DNA of 64,000 nt from Carcharhinus amblyrhynchos (Eukaryota), in the NCBI GenBank assembly GCA_965287045.1, contig OZ336884.1:21576001-21640000 (forward strand), read 5' to 3'. Below the pieces are notes generated by a model. The model did not search any database. It had not been told where the DNA came from and saw only the letters and a program-made list of their open reading frames with translations. The position numbers and the translations under genes are program-made. Numbering within the stretch: position 1 is the stretch's first letter; every line of letters starts with the position of its first letter. Shown here piece by piece: positions 33,601 through 48,700 of this stretch.

Positions 33601-35344
33601 AATTCAGCTCCTGAACTCATTACAGCCTTGGTTCAAACGTGGACAAAAGAACTAAAGAACTGAACTCCAGAAGTGAGGTGGGGGTGACTGTCCTTGCTAT
33701 CAAGACAGCATTTGACTGTGTGGTATCAAGGAGTCTGAGCAAAACCCTTTGCTGATGGGAGTGTGGAAAAACTCTGCTGGTTAGAGTCTAAATCAGTCCC
33801 AGAATATCACTGCAGGAATTTCAGGATTGTGCCCATGTTTGACTGTTTCATCAGTGTCTCTTTCCACCACCCTCCCCACTACCCACACACACATTCTTTT
33901 TTTTCCTGATGTGTTTGTGCTGGGATACTTTTGGAAAAGAGACTGAGTGGCAATAATTTTAAGGTCATTAAAAGAGTACTTAAGCCTAAGATGGATACAT
34001 CACAGGGCTTACCTGCTCTCGCTGTACATAGTAGCTCCTTCACTGTCACAGGATCAAAATCCAGAAATATCTTAAAACTATCCAAATATATCTGCACTGC
34101 AAAGACATTCAAGGCAGCAGCTCACCACCACCCACCTTGCTAAGGTAATGGGTGGGCAATAAATACTGCCTTAGCCAGCAATACCCACATCCCATGCATG
34201 AATAAAAGTGAAATAAGATATCACAACTTTGTAAACTGGATTTACCAGTTGGATGCACAACTGGTTTAATTGTAGAAAACAGCTGCAATGACAGCAACTA
34301 TCTGGTTTATTGATCTAGAAAGGAATGTGGTTCAGGTGGATGATGTAAACTAGTTTGCTTTAAGAAGAGCACAACCAATAGAAAGATCATCAATCAGCAC
34401 ATTAAGACAGTGAAAAGTTTGCCTCATCATGGTTAACTTGTGTTACAATTACATCATAATGACCAAATAAACATTTCAACAAACCAGAAAATGAGCCTGG
34501 GATAAGAGAATGGCTTGATTTGTCACTTGTAGATCTTCCAATAGTGTTACTCCTGGACCGTGGTTCTATCCCTGTCCAATGTGCTAATTGATGATCTTTG
34601 CCTGTTCCATAATCTTGAATATGGTTCCCATTGACTTTTTATTGAGCATATGAAACTGACCACACTTCAACTGATTATTCCTGAGCCTCAAAATTCATTT
34701 TCCTCATCACAAAAACCAATCTCAATACGTATATGGAGTCAACAGAATGGAAAAGTCTTAGAGAGAGGAAATTGATGAAAGGAAGACATAGTAGGAATAG
34801 ATACAGGAAAAAATGGAGAAAGGCTGAGATAATATACAGAGAACTCAAATTAAGAGTGGAAGACAAGGTAGAGAAACTCAAAGGGTAATTACTGTAGCAA
34901 AAAGGTACTATGAATCTTTTTCCATTCTTTAAAGCCACCCATATTTCTAAGAATTACTGTAGTCTAAAGAACAATACTAGTCATTGTTTTAAAAGCTGAA
35001 ATTTTGTTCCTGAATTCTTCTGACCTGGAGAGTTTATTTCTTATTTTAGCTTGATGCAGTAGCACTTGATTATGAATAAGAAACATTATAAGAAGCTGGT
35101 TTTCACTCAGACATCAATCACTAATGATGACTACATTGTTAGCACATCTGTCATCATTCTACTGCCATCAACCAAGCTTCAGGACTTTTGACTCTTGTTG
35201 GCATCTGGTGCCACCTACAGAAGATACACAGCTCTGCTTCCATGCTATAGGTGCGTTCCATTTTGATCAGGCAGTCACAGCTCTACATCCACTGTTTGAT
35301 TTGTTTTATTGCTGATGATAACCATTTCCATTCTAAACACAATG

Positions 35345-35421
35345 TTTATTGGGTGGATATGCATTGAATGTTTTTTTTAAACAGTGCACATACCATTTTC
35401 ATTCTGAATGCAGTATTTATT
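35345..35421 (-). terminator. Candidate TOMM70 poly(A) signals (AATAAA on the minus strand at 35416-35421 and 35345-35350)
   Basis: Two TTTATT hexamers on the + strand about 1.15-1.2 kb past the stop, at the end of a repeat-free AT-rich stretch. Confidence 0.5.
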
Positions 35422-36560
35422 GCGCAAGTTTACACTATTAGTCATTTACAAAAAAACTAGTTCAATAACCTTTTTCCAGTGCATTTTCCAACATTGTATT
35501 TGACAGCCATTAGAGTTCTTGATAACAATGTTTTTACTGATGAGCACATGCTTCTATCAAGGGCCTTTTCCATTTTCACATCAAATGGATTAGGCTGGAC
35601 AAACAACTTTTAGCAAGATCAAAATAAAATTCACCGTGCCTCAGGTATGCACGTGAATACATTAAAATGGGAATGGAGAAGCTTCTGTCTCTAGGCCACA
35701 TTGGCAGCCTATACAGTGCCATCTCTACAGGCACAAAATTTTTGCATCAATTATGTAAACAGCAAAACACACTGCAAAGTCCAGAATCTTTCCACATCAC
35801 TTTTTTTTATACATAGACACCCCCAATATTCTTTAATGTTGCCTTTGCAACTTCTCACTGGATACAGCGATTTTTTTTTAGAGCTCTACTGTACAACTGT
35901 ATCCCATTGGACATGCTTAAATGCATACTTTGCAAAATACATTTTCAGCACAGAGTAACAGAATTGGTTTTCTAAGTGTAGAGAACATTATCTCTACCAC
36001 GTCAAACTATATACCATATAATTCATACACTTTCAACTTGGACCATCAGAACAGCTTTAAATATTTGACATACCATGGAACACATTTTGAACAGGTAAGA
36101 TTTAAAAAATGCAAAGATAATTGCAAATAAACTTCTTGAAGCCCAATCCCATCATGCACAACTAAATTATGATTATTCACAATTTTATTCAATTTGTCGA
36201 CTGTTAGTGATTTAGGTCACCATCTTTTACTTTTAAAGGGAGTGCCAATTTTGTACTGTGCAGGAGGTTTTGTTTTCAAGAAAAGCACATCATCCTATAT
36301 GAAAACAACCATAAGATGTTTGTGTGGCCTGATTGTATTAGTGTAAAAAAAATGTTTCCTTCAGTGCCATAAAATGTTAATTTCACCTTCGAGGCCAATT
36401 CAAGTGCAATTATTCTGCACATATTCATCACCAGCTACTAAACACATCCATACAGAAAACATAAATGAATATCACAAAGATTGCTGTGGCATTCAACAGT
36501 TTATAAAATTTATCAGAGGCTTAACAGAAGAACAATGGGAATACTTTGTATTTTTTCAAA

Positions 36561-36714
36561 TCACAGTGTTGGAGGCTTCAGTCCATATTTTTTAGCAACT
36601 TCCGTCTGTGCATATGCAGCATCGCAAAGAGAATACAGATGGGCCATCTCCATTTCTGACTTGGCCAGGTTAATGGCCTTACTAAACATATCGATAGCCT
36701 TAGCCAGATTTCCC
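36561..36714 (-). CDS. TOMM70: TOMM70 exon 12, terminal ([50 protein letters not shown])
   Basis: ttacag acceptor, TGA at 36563-36561. Confidence 0.96.
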
Positions 36715-39700
36715 CTGTAAACAGATTTTAAAACACACCTAAATTAGTTGCAAATGCTATGAAAAATGGTACAGTTCTGATCAATTCATTTTAAGGTTGG
36801 TACACCACAACTTAAATGTACTACAAAGATCCATGATTTTCAATAGCTGAAGCCCTAGCAATGAATAAGATGAGGGGAAGGACTGTAACACATGCAATTT
36901 GCTGATGATACAACATTAGCTGGAAAGTAAGCTGTGACAAGATGCAAGGATGCTGTAAAGGATTTGGCAGGGTCGGGGTGGGTAAATGATTGGACAACAA
37001 TGTGGAGAAATGGAAGAATAGAAAAACAAACTATTTTTTAAATGGCAAGAGACTGGGAACTTTTTTATTCATAGTGACCTGGGCAATACATCCAAGAATC
37101 ACAATGTTAACACAAGTGCATCAAGAAATTAGGAAAACAAATAGTATGCTAGCCTTTATTACAAACGGGATTGGATTATCAGTAAATAAATCCTACTACA
37201 ATTATATAAGGCCTTGGTGAAACCACACCTGGAATACAGCCCAAGAGTAAATGGATTACCCTGTACAACACGGGTGACATGGTGGCACAGTGGTTAGCAT
37301 TGCTGCCTCTCAGCCTCAGGTACCGAGGTTCAATTCCAGCCTCAGGTCACTGTCTGTATGGAGTCTGCACATTCTCCATGTCTGTGTGGGTTTCCTTCAG
37401 GTGATTCGGTTTCGTCTCAGTCCAAAGGTGTACTGGTTAGGTTGATCGGCCATGTTAAATTGAATGTAGTATCAGGAGGATTAGCATGGTAAATATGTGG
37501 GTTTACGGTAACAGGGCTAGACTGTGGTTGCTGCAGACGCGATGGGCCGAGTTGCCTCCTCCTGCATTCTAGGGCTTCTCCAAACTGAGAGGAGGCTAAA
37601 CCTCTTTAGCCAGAGGGTGGTGAATCTATAGAGTTCATTGCCACAGAAGGCTGCGCAGGCCAGGTCATAGAGTGCATTTAAGACAGAGATAGATAGGTTC
37701 TTGATTGGTAAGGGGAGCAAGGGCTGTGAGGAACATGCAGGAGAATGGGATGAGAAACTTATTAGCCATGATTTAATGGGGGAGCAGGCTCAATGGGTCA
37801 AAGGGCCTAATTTTGTTCCCAAGTCTTATGGTATTCCACACTGTGATTGACTCCTAGAACAAAGTGTCCAGGTGATTTCTCCCCTCCCTGATGCATTGCA
37901 ACATCTAAAGCTCAACTCCAGCTCATCAACTTGTAGTCCAAATTCTTCAAGCTGCAGTCACTTACTGCAGATAGGATCACTGCGGATCACAAGTTTTCAC
38001 CAGTTGTCACAAGCTACATCACCTGTCCTGCCATCTTTATCTTACGTGGCTTAAGTTTCAAATTTAGAGTATCATGCAAATTTTGAATTTGCAGGGGCAG
38101 CATTGTGGCACAGGGCTAGTACTGCTGCCTCACAATGCCGGGGACCCAGGTTTGATTCCAGCCTTGGGTCACTGTCTGTGTGGAGTTTACATGTTCTCCC
38201 CATGTCTGCATGGGTTCCTCCAGGTGTTCAGTTTCCACAGACTCAAAGACATGCTGGTTAGGTGCATTGACCCCAACAGGCGCCAGAGTGTGGCAACTAG
38301 GGGAATTTCACAGCAACTTAATTGCAGTGTTAATGTAAGCCTTACTTGTGATAATAAATAAGCTTTTTTTTTACAATTATGGAGTTTAACTAGTTAAACT
38401 ATAAATTTAATATAATACTTACATCGCCCCTGTACTAAACCCAATTACAGTTCCCATAACAGTAGGATATTAAGTCCCTGCCAGTAATTACAAAAGGGCC
38501 TCACATGATTCAGCCTGTGGTAAAACTAGAATACTAACTGAAAAAATTCAGAACTCCTCAACAACACAAATTACAGCAGCTGAAGGACATTCACTTTCTT
38601 TTGAGGAATGAGCATTTAAAGTCACCCATATTCTAAGAACAAACATTTTACAAAACGCATGTAGAATTTAGGACTGCACAAAAATTGGCATGAAGAAACC
38701 ATGGCGTTTCTGACAAAATAATCCATGTCAGATTTACAAGCTTAAAAACCAAACATGTTTTGTAGCAACCTATAATTTTGTGCATTTTCTAAACTGAAAA
38801 CAGTAGAGATCACTTTTTGGAAACACAACTTTTAAACAGTCAAATACAGTGGGAGCAAAGATAATTTAATAAATTACCTCTGGACTTCAATAGTGCCCAT
38901 GGTCTCGTATGCAAAATCACATTTATTATCGATCTCAATAGCCTTGCTAATTAGTTCCAAGCCTTTATCCAAATCCTGTTTCCACTGAAGCTGAAGCAAA
39001 CTATAAATACCAAATTGGCATAAACAAAAAAGCAAATTAGGTGCAATTTAACAACTTGGTGTAAAGTGCTTATAAAAGCAATATTAATAGACCAAAAAGA
39101 CATACCAAATTTTCTCAATTTGATTGGCTCAAAATTAAAAATCATGGTATGGAAGTACTACACATGTTCCAAACTTCAGTTAATGAATAAAATATGCAAA
39201 CTCGGAAGGTCTTATGTTTGAATTATGGATTAACTGATCCGAGTTGAGATAACACAACCAACAACAGTTGCCATTCCTCGGTTCGTGCAGGGAAAGAAAC
39301 ACTGTGGATGGCTATTTACAGACTCCTGGGAATGTGTTTGTACAAATGTGGTTTGGTGACAAGAACGGGTTTGACAATGCTGCTCTGAGTTGCATCCAGA
39401 ACCCACGTGAAGAACTCCCACTTGGGAAAGGTGTTGCAGAGTATTAAGCATCTGTGTCCCTCAAAGATGATGTTGACTCCAGAAGGGAAAAATAGTAAGA
39501 AAATAAATGCATATGCTGTATATTTTGGCTTGCCAAAACAGGAATTTTTTTTTTCGGGCAAATGTCTGCCGAATAGGCTCATTTCAGCTAGACCACAGTG
39601 AGGAGCAGTGTTGCATTTTTATGCACTCAGGGAAGGTTTATGTTGCGGGCAAGGCCATCATTTTATCACTTTACTGACTTTGGGCAGGTGCCGTTGGACC

Positions 39701-42700
39701 AGCTTCATGAACTGCTTCAGTCTGTAGCTTCAGCATTTAAGCTTCCTTTGATAGCTGGCAGTGATGGTGCACCAATGAAAGGAAAACTTGATGACACCCA
39801 GCGATCCCAGGCCTGCCTGATCTCTTCAGTGGAAATTTCACATGTGCAGAGTTAACACTTGCCTATGATAATTAGAAGGTTTAAAAGGGCACTACTGCCT
39901 GATCAACGAAGCTTCAGCACAAGAATGCACCATCAGTTGCAGGGCTAGGAGGAAATACAGGAACAGACAAGAAGATGCCTAACTTTCATGTCAAAATCAT
40001 CTGAAATATGGGAGTAGAATAACAAAACGAAAACCTCTGAGTATCTGTCAATACCAACACTGCCCCCTTTTCTAAAATTCAGTTGTACTGTGTGTCAAAT
40101 GATTGGGATGGAAATTTCCTGAGAGAGCATGCCCATGTCAGTATTAATGTCAGCTCTATCAGTGTGTCTATTCTTTATGATACAGTTTTGAGTGAGGTTT
40201 TCAAAGGACCTAATGCTAAAATGAAGTATTCTAGGATAAGCTAAACGAATTATGGAAATTTTAAATTATGCTTATTTCTAATACAACACCGTAACCAATT
40301 TTAACAATGTCAAATAATGTGTGCTCTGCTTGAAGGCAGATCCTGGGATCACTGCTGGCAATATTTCATTGAACTATTTTCTTGGCAGCTTTTCTGGTTA
40401 CAAGACTACCTCTGCTGAAATGGGAATGAAATGCACCCTGTCGGGAGTTAGTGTGAACCACTTGCAAGGCATCTAGTCAATGGAGCCAACAAGCCAACAT
40501 AAAATTCAGGGAAGAGACAGTCCCTATGGCACACCCCAAAATAAGCATACACAAATTCAAACTCATAACAAATGTACAATTTTTAAAAATTTATCTGATT
40601 ATTAGAAGCACTTAAGGTTTTCTTGCATAATCATTGGTTGATTTATAAATAAATGCTCAGTTCCAGAGGATTAATTTGAATGTGAACAACATACTTGGAT
40701 CTGATACAGATGGTACGGTTAAAATAACTAGGCTTATTCCAAGTCTTATAAATTACAGATCACTTACCCTTTATGAACATATGTCGTTGCATTATCTGGT
40801 TCCAGTTCAATGCATTTATCGTACATTTCATCTGCTTTGCTAAAATGCTGCTGGTCAGTTAAAGCCTAGAACAAATGTTTTCTTGTCAAATGTTGCATTG
40901 TCACCTAACATACATCTAATACAAAATAGTAAAGATTAAAGTTCAAAGCAAACCTGAATAAGTAACTGCATTAACATCTCCCCAATATTCTGAATGCATT
41001 CCAAAAAACTTCATAGCCAATTGAATTCTGAGATTTATTCACTTGTAATATCTTGGGAAACAGCAATAAATTTGTGTGCAAAGTTGCAATGAGCCACAAG
41101 CTAAATGGCCACATAATTTGTTTCAATGGCATTGGTTGTGGGATAAAGTATTGGCAAGACACCAGATCTTCCCAGCTCTTCAACAAACATGCCATCTTTC
41201 ACTTCTATCTGAAATGCAGGACAAGATACAGTTTCATCATCAAACTGGAATGGGTTGACAACTTAGCTGAGACCAGGACACTGGTCTTTAAAAAACTGGA
41301 TATTGAAATGAGACAACAAGTCTTGTTTGGATGTTGCAGGATGAACCAAATGGTTTGGTGTCTTTTTGCTTTTTGAAATATGCATTGTGAATTTTGGAAG
41401 AAATCGAAAAACTTAGCATCATCGCTGTGGTTTGAAGGTTGTGTATTTTAACTAAATGGGATATAGAAAAAATCTTCAGATGTGAGAAATATTCAATTCC
41501 CTTTACATCTCTGAACACAAATACTGAATTAACCAGTGTTGAATGCTTACCTGAGCATATAATGCATAACCCTCTGCACAGTTGGGAAAATTTTTAATAA
41601 CATCTTCAAAGCCTTTTACAGCCACTTGAATCTGCAAGGGGTTGCTTCCAGTATAGGCCTGACGATACTGGAAGAAAACATAAGAGAACATATTTCAATT
41701 GGTATAAGGTGAGCAGAGTTCCTTCTTGTTAGAAATGAGAATTTACATTATTTTTTGTTTAATTTTTATAAAAATCAATTTTAAGATAACTGTAACAATG
41801 AGCTGATGGCTGCTCAACATCAAATCTTAGTGTCCTCCATGTAGCAAATGTGCCTGACTTTACAGATTTTGAGGATGATTATAGGGATTATGCTGAGTAA
41901 AACAATAACCTGCTTGACAGACTCAATTAGCTCAGAAGATGCTAAATCCAATTAAGATCTATAGCTATTATTGGTATTGCGTTTATGATCAGCTCCACAT
42001 TATTTGGTTTGAAACTTATTGAAAAATCAAGCACCTTTGTCTGCCAATAATCTGGAGTTTGATTCTAAACTACAACTGTCAGCTTTGTAGGAATAGAAGA
42101 GAATCTGGAAGATGGGAACAAAGAAACAATCACTGTGATGGCCATTAGCAGGATATCTGAAGACTGAAGGAGGTGACAGGCAACAGATTTGGGAGAGGTG
42201 AGTAGGTGACTGAAAGGTTGGTCATTCATTGTGCAGTAGAACATGAGGAGTAAACTGGCAGTGGGAGACATGGGGTGAATGCAAGGAGCACAAAACAAGA
42301 AAAGATTTGAATTAGAGAAGCAATTTTAATGATCAGTTTGATGAATCACAATAAGCCAGTGGATCTTGGCATGAATCAGGGTGATGGGAACATAAGCTTC
42401 AATGCAGGCAAGGACGGCATCTGAATGACTTATGGTTTATGATTAAGTGGGAACCAGCTACTTGCAGACATGTTGCTCGGTGGTGGCTAACATATCAGGG
42501 CTCCACATTGAGTGGCAGTCAGAGAAGCATACGGAGCAGAGGCATGTAAGTGTTTGTAATGGGGGAAAGAAGACAATTTCACAGACATCACATGGTCAAT
42601 ATTTGGCTCGTCTAAGTCTTGAAGTCAGACTAGTAGTTGAAGATGGTGACAATTGTTAGAAGGGTTCATGGAAGTCACAGCGAGGAGCCTGTGTGCTCGC

Positions 42701-45700
42701 AAGGATTCAAATAAAAACTGTCACAGTTCTTCCAGATATCAGCTACTGGGTAGCACATAAATCATCTATATCAAACTCTAATCAACCAGAAAGGAGTAGC
42801 TCACGATGCAGCTACCAGCAAATCACCACTTTGAACAGTGAATTTAAGGCTATTTATTAAAGATCCTTTCTTCGCTTTTATTTTGCAAAAATGTTCCAGC
42901 AGCTGTATTGATCAATAAGAGTCACCTGTAACAAATATTTCTGAACAAAACTGGAACTAGATTGCTTACCAATGCAAAGCATTTCTGGGCCTGAGCCAGA
43001 GCAGAGTCTGGTCGCAGTCTAATGCATTCATCAAAATCATCAACAGCCTCCTCAACGTTATCAAGTAAAATCTTCAGCTGTAACCAAAAATTTAAAGCAT
43101 TACTGCATAATTGTATAATCTGCATCAACTTCACAATTTAAACAGATGCCAGTGTCTCTCCATTCTCTCATTCCTTCAAAACGTTTGAGGTTAAGTACAC
43201 AGAATGAAGGAAGAGGAAACAAGGCACTAGTGAATTCTGTTGCTTTCTAAACAGCTTCTACCATCAGTTCTTGATTGAGAGTTTATTATGGAAGATAGGA
43301 CCATCAGCTACATGATCTAAAAGTTTATTCCACTTTACATCCCTCAACCAGAGATGGACAATAAACACAGCCATGTCAATACCATCGGCATATCCAGTTT
43401 ACAGGTAAAAATAAGGAAGATAATTTGCTGTAAAAAGTTGAGAGAGTGGTTCACTTCTTCAATTAATCAGAACTTTGCTAGCTGCTTTAGCTCCAAAGAA
43501 ATGCAGACAATTTTTTTTTGAGACAGGTTCGGGGAATTGGAGCTCTCCCTACCTGTCCTCGATGATGGTAAACATCAGCATTTTGAGGATCAATATCTGC
43601 AGCCATGTTGAAATCTTGTGTAGAAAGCTGAGATTGCTGCTGCTGCATATACATGCTTCCACGCTTGATCAATGCATTGGCACGCAGCTGGAGAACAATC
43701 ACAAAGAATATAGCATCATAAGGTCTTCTCACTGTGCACACATAGTGACAGACTGATCATATTCTGACACTCAAACCAAACAGATTTTGATAGGCATTAA
43801 AATAATGCTGTTACTTTACATCTCAGCAAATGGACAATGATTCTGGTTTCATACAAGGAAAAAGGGGAAAAATAAAATGTTCAAAGATTTAATGAGATTT
43901 CAGAACTACACTCTCTTTGCTGGGTTATTAAAACTTCTTCAGTCACCATATACTGCACTGAACTGACTAAATGCACGGTGGCAGACTGGTTAACACTGCT
44001 GCCTCACAGCATCAGGGACCTGGGTCCGATTCCAGACTTGGGTCACTGTCTGTGCAGAGTCTGCATGCTCTCCTCATGTCTGAATGGATTTCCTCCTGGT
44101 GCTCCGGTTTCCTCCCACAGCCTGAAAGATGTGCAGGTAACGTGCACTGCCCATGCTAAATTCTTCCGCAGTGTACCTGAATAGGTGCCGGAGTGTGGCA
44201 ACTTGGGCATTTTCACAGTAACTTCATTGCTGTGTTAATGTAAGCCTATTTGTGACTATAATAAATAAACTTCTTAAAAACAATGCAGCTGCTTTTGTAT
44301 GCAACTTAACTAGACAGAGTTTGCTTTCTTTTTAAAACTTTCATATTTGGAAAAACAAATCTCAAACATACTCACGCTAATAAAATTTGCAGAGTGTTTT
44401 AATAACAAAAGTTCCCAACTCTTTGTCTGCGGGATGTCTCTGTGATGTTCATGATGTACTTATGTAATTGGTACAGCAAGAGAACCACTTTTTATTGGGG
44501 AGGGTGAACCGACATCCACGTTTAGCCTGGACAGTCTGGGTTTTTCCACCAAATGTCTCAAGTTCCAACAGTTTTCTCCAGATTGTTCAGATTGCATAGT
44601 TTTCAGCTCCACTGGAGGCCAAGCCCCTTTAACCCAAACCTCACGTTCATTTTCATATCAGTAGTACCCTCTGGAGAGTCAAACATAACTTTTGTATTTA
44701 GAAATCAGTAGATTCCTTTCGCATTGTAAATTGTTAAAAGGTCTGGATTGACATCCAGAATTGACCAATCAGCAGACTGGCCATTTATTTCATTGCTGTA
44801 ACGAATTGGTTCCTGTTTAATGAATACTTCAAAATCAATGACTTACTTAGTGGTATTTTGTGACATTGGAGGGGTAAAAGGCACCTAACACTAATGCGAG
44901 TTTTTTCCTCCCCACTATTGTGGGCATCGAATTAATTACACTTGCAAACTCACTACTCTCTCGGCTGACCAAAAACAGCAAGGATATCCATCAGGAGAAG
45001 CTGGTCACAGCAGAGTAGAAGAATCATTTGATCACACTATGATTTTCTTAAAGAATGTTCAGCAATTCAGGAAGTTTTTTGTGATTAAGATTTGTTTTAG
45101 CAAGGTTTGGCTACTTATTCTTACTCCAGCCCTGGTTAAGTTAAAAGGAATTTGGACATAACACCTACCTTCACATTTGCATCATTCATACTAACAACCA
45201 TGTCAAGATCAGGTTGAGCGGCTGTAGCATTGCCTATAAGCAAGTAGAAGGTAGCCCGAAGCAATAAGGCCTCAGCGATATATTTTCCCCTGGCCTCTAT
45301 TTCTTTGGTGCATTCACTAATAATTTTGTCATAGTTCTCTTCCTCCATGTATTGTTTTGCCTTCTGGTATCCAGATCTGATAATATAAAAATATAGATGC
45401 GATTAAATTGCACTCTGAAAAACTTATTTCCTTACATCAGTCTGATGAGTCAGAACATAGAACAGTACAGCATAGTATAGTACAGGCCCTTTGGCACTCA
45501 ATGTTGTGCCGAGCTATGTCCAAACCCAAGATCAAGCTATCCCACTCCCTATAATGCTGGTGTGCTCCATGTGCCTATCCAATAACTGCGTGAAAGTTCC
45601 TAAATTGTCCTACTCCACTATCACAGCAGGCAGTGTATTCCACATCCCAACCACTCTGAGTAAAGAATCTACCTCAGACATCCCTCCTATATCTCCCACC

Positions 45701-48700
45701 ATGAACCTTATAGTTATGCCCCCAAATAACTACATCCACCCGAGGAAATAGTCTCTGCACGTCCGCTCTATCTATCCCCCTCATCATCTCATAAACCGCC
45801 TCTCATCCTCCGCTCTAAAGAGAAAAGCCCCAGCTCCCTCAACCTACCCTCCAAACCAGGCAGCATGCTCATAAGTATCCTCTGCACTCTCTCCAATGCT
45901 TCCACATCCTCCTTATAGTAAGGTGACCAGAACTGAACATAATATTCCAAATGTGGTCTCACCAACATCTGGTATAGTTGCAGCATAACCCCACGGCTCT
46001 AAAACTCAAACCCCCTGTTAATAAACGCTAACACACTATAAACCTTCTTCACAGCTCTATCCACAGGCCCTTTTAGCACATGTTAATAGCAGCCATACAT
46101 CAGTAGCATTTACCAGGCTGTGTTGTTGCATTGCACATCCACATGAATGAGATTCATCCCTGCTGGTCATTGTTTCCAGGATATAACAAAAATAACAAGA
46201 CTAAAAATTCAGTGGCCTTACTTCAATTGCACCCAGGAGCCTATACATCCAGTATCTCTGGAGCGCTCATGTCCACTCTTTACTTGGAGGGTGGTTTGAT
46301 GCTACAAGTTGTTTTTGAAGCACAGGTATTTTAAGGAGCAACTGTTTGAAAGGGGCATTGCCAAAAGATATATAGGCTAGGATTAGATTAGGTGCCGCAA
46401 ATATTCTAGGAATGCAGGCTGTAATAGTGGTATTGCACAGCCATCTGGTATCCTCCCTAATAACCATATTCAGCAAGTCCTGGAAGCTCAACTACCAAAG
46501 ATTCAAAGCGGCAAGGTCAATTCCGCCATCCCCAAAGTACACTTCAGGCAGCATGACTGAATAATTACCATGAACAGGGAAGGCTGACAAATTTTTCCTG
46601 TCCAGCTGGAGAGTGTTGTAAGCAATATAAACCCTGCTAATCCAAGTATAATGAATTCACTAATGAATTCATCGATGAAAATTAGAATCTTTCTGATTTA
46701 CATCCTATTGTACAGTGCACTGGGGATTGAAAAAGTATGTTCTTTATACAATCACCTTTCTGTTCCCCTGATGTCAGCAGCTTCACCCTCCTTGTCTTTG
46801 TCTTCATCAGGCTTTTCACCTTTAAGTAAAGGCTGTGAGATAATGTCATCAGTGAAGGAGTTGAAGTATGATTTGATGAATTGCGGAGAGGGCATTAGTG
46901 GCTCTCTGTTCTACAACGGGGAAGACAAGAAATTAGAAAACAGCGTCCTTTCCGTAACATTAAACACTCGAGTATCACAATCACACAGACCTCAAAAAAG
47001 TGCTAACCACTGTTCAATAAACTGTTGTACAATGTGCACTAACAAAAGGTCTCGTTCATAACTGCTATCAAATGCAAAGTTATTCATGCAATGGCCAGGA
47101 TGTTAGTCATTCACGCTGGCAGAATTTTCCCACCCCACTGCAGTGAACAGAGATTAGGCTGGACTTCAAAGTCTCCAATTTCACTGCAGCAAGAGTGTGG
47201 CGTAAATGGCTGATAAAGTTGCACCCAGTGTCTTTCTGTTTGAAGTTGCTATTGAATAGCATGCAAACCCTCCCAAAATTCTCACTGCCAGTAATGTACC
47301 TCTGGTATTTTAAGATTCATTCAATCTCCTATAGACATCCTGCTTGTCTGACATCTTAATGCTGCTGGCATCAGCATTTTACCTAGCAACATGAAACAAA
47401 ATTATCCTAAATCAATGTTCTATGGCTCTCAACACAATGCATCATGTTTACATTAAGGTGCTCCATTCAAAGACCTAAATAAACAAAGGATTCATTCTGT
47501 CATTAATATCCATTGCCAGTTCCCTCCCCCATATTTTCCATTCACCAATCAATTTTACCTTTTCATAACATTCATTATTTCCTTTATTTCACTCTTTCCC
47601 TCAGAAACTACCATTGACCATAGATGTTTATCTGCACTCTCCCCTGCAATTTTAACTGTTGGCAATATTGGACAATCATCTGGTGATCCTTTCCACGCGA
47701 GTTACTGCTTTTTCAAGGTTCACATCATTTACTATTCCAAATTCGTCCCAGTCAGCAGAAGCAACTGATTTTTTCTGTATAGTCTCCTGCAGCACGTGCC
47801 ATTGCACTCCCCATTCTCGAGGCATCAACTGACGGAGATTGTAAAGATTTAAACTACTCTTCTATATTTAGAATTCAGTGAATCCATTTACTCTGAACCC
47901 ATTGGTTCCCAAGCTGCTCCTACACACATCTCCCTCCCGATCACTCCCAAAAGGTTATTCCACTTTAACCTCATTTCACCTCCATCATCATTAAACTTAA
48001 TTTACATCCTTGGAGTCCTCCACCACCTTGGCCATAACTATGAATCATCCAACTTTAGCATCTTTGGAATTATTTACCCCTTTGGGAAAGGAATGCTCCA
48101 TTGTTAAGTACATTTAATGCCTCTTTACACCCAACCACTATTCCATTATGAATGTTATTTTTCTTTCTAGTGACCAGATGTATGTCACATTAGGCTTTAT
48201 AGCCATTTAAAATCATTCAACCAGAATACAGCTGGGCACCCACATTAGTCAAGGACAAGTGCTATTGTGGGCAGAAATTACTTGCTTCTCAAAAAGGTTC
48301 CCTCTGAAGCCCCTTACTGTAGCACTGATCTGAAAGCCCACATTCTGAAAGACGTGCTGCATAGGTGCATTAACCCCAACAGGCACTGGACTGTGGTGAC
48401 CAGGGGAATTTCATAGTAACTTCATTGCAGTGTTTATGTAAGCCTTACCTGTGTCCAATAAATAAACTTTAACTCTCCTGGTTTCAGTTTTACTCACTGT
48501 TCAATTGATACTAAACTGCCGGGAAAGGCTTCTTCTCCCGAGCTCACAGTTGTGAAATGTATCACAGAGCTCTGTTCTTGTTTCGAGGCACTACTTCAGC
48601 AATGTCTAACTCATCAGCCTCTGCTGTGCCTTTGAACAATTCCTAAAGGCCAGACTCTACTTGTGCTTCCCCACCAAGGCTCCTTTGTGCTCACCTTGCT

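Noticed and set aside
46651-47061. 136-aa + strand ORF
   Set aside because: It is the antisense shadow of TOMM70 exon 5 plus intron, with no recognisable domain.
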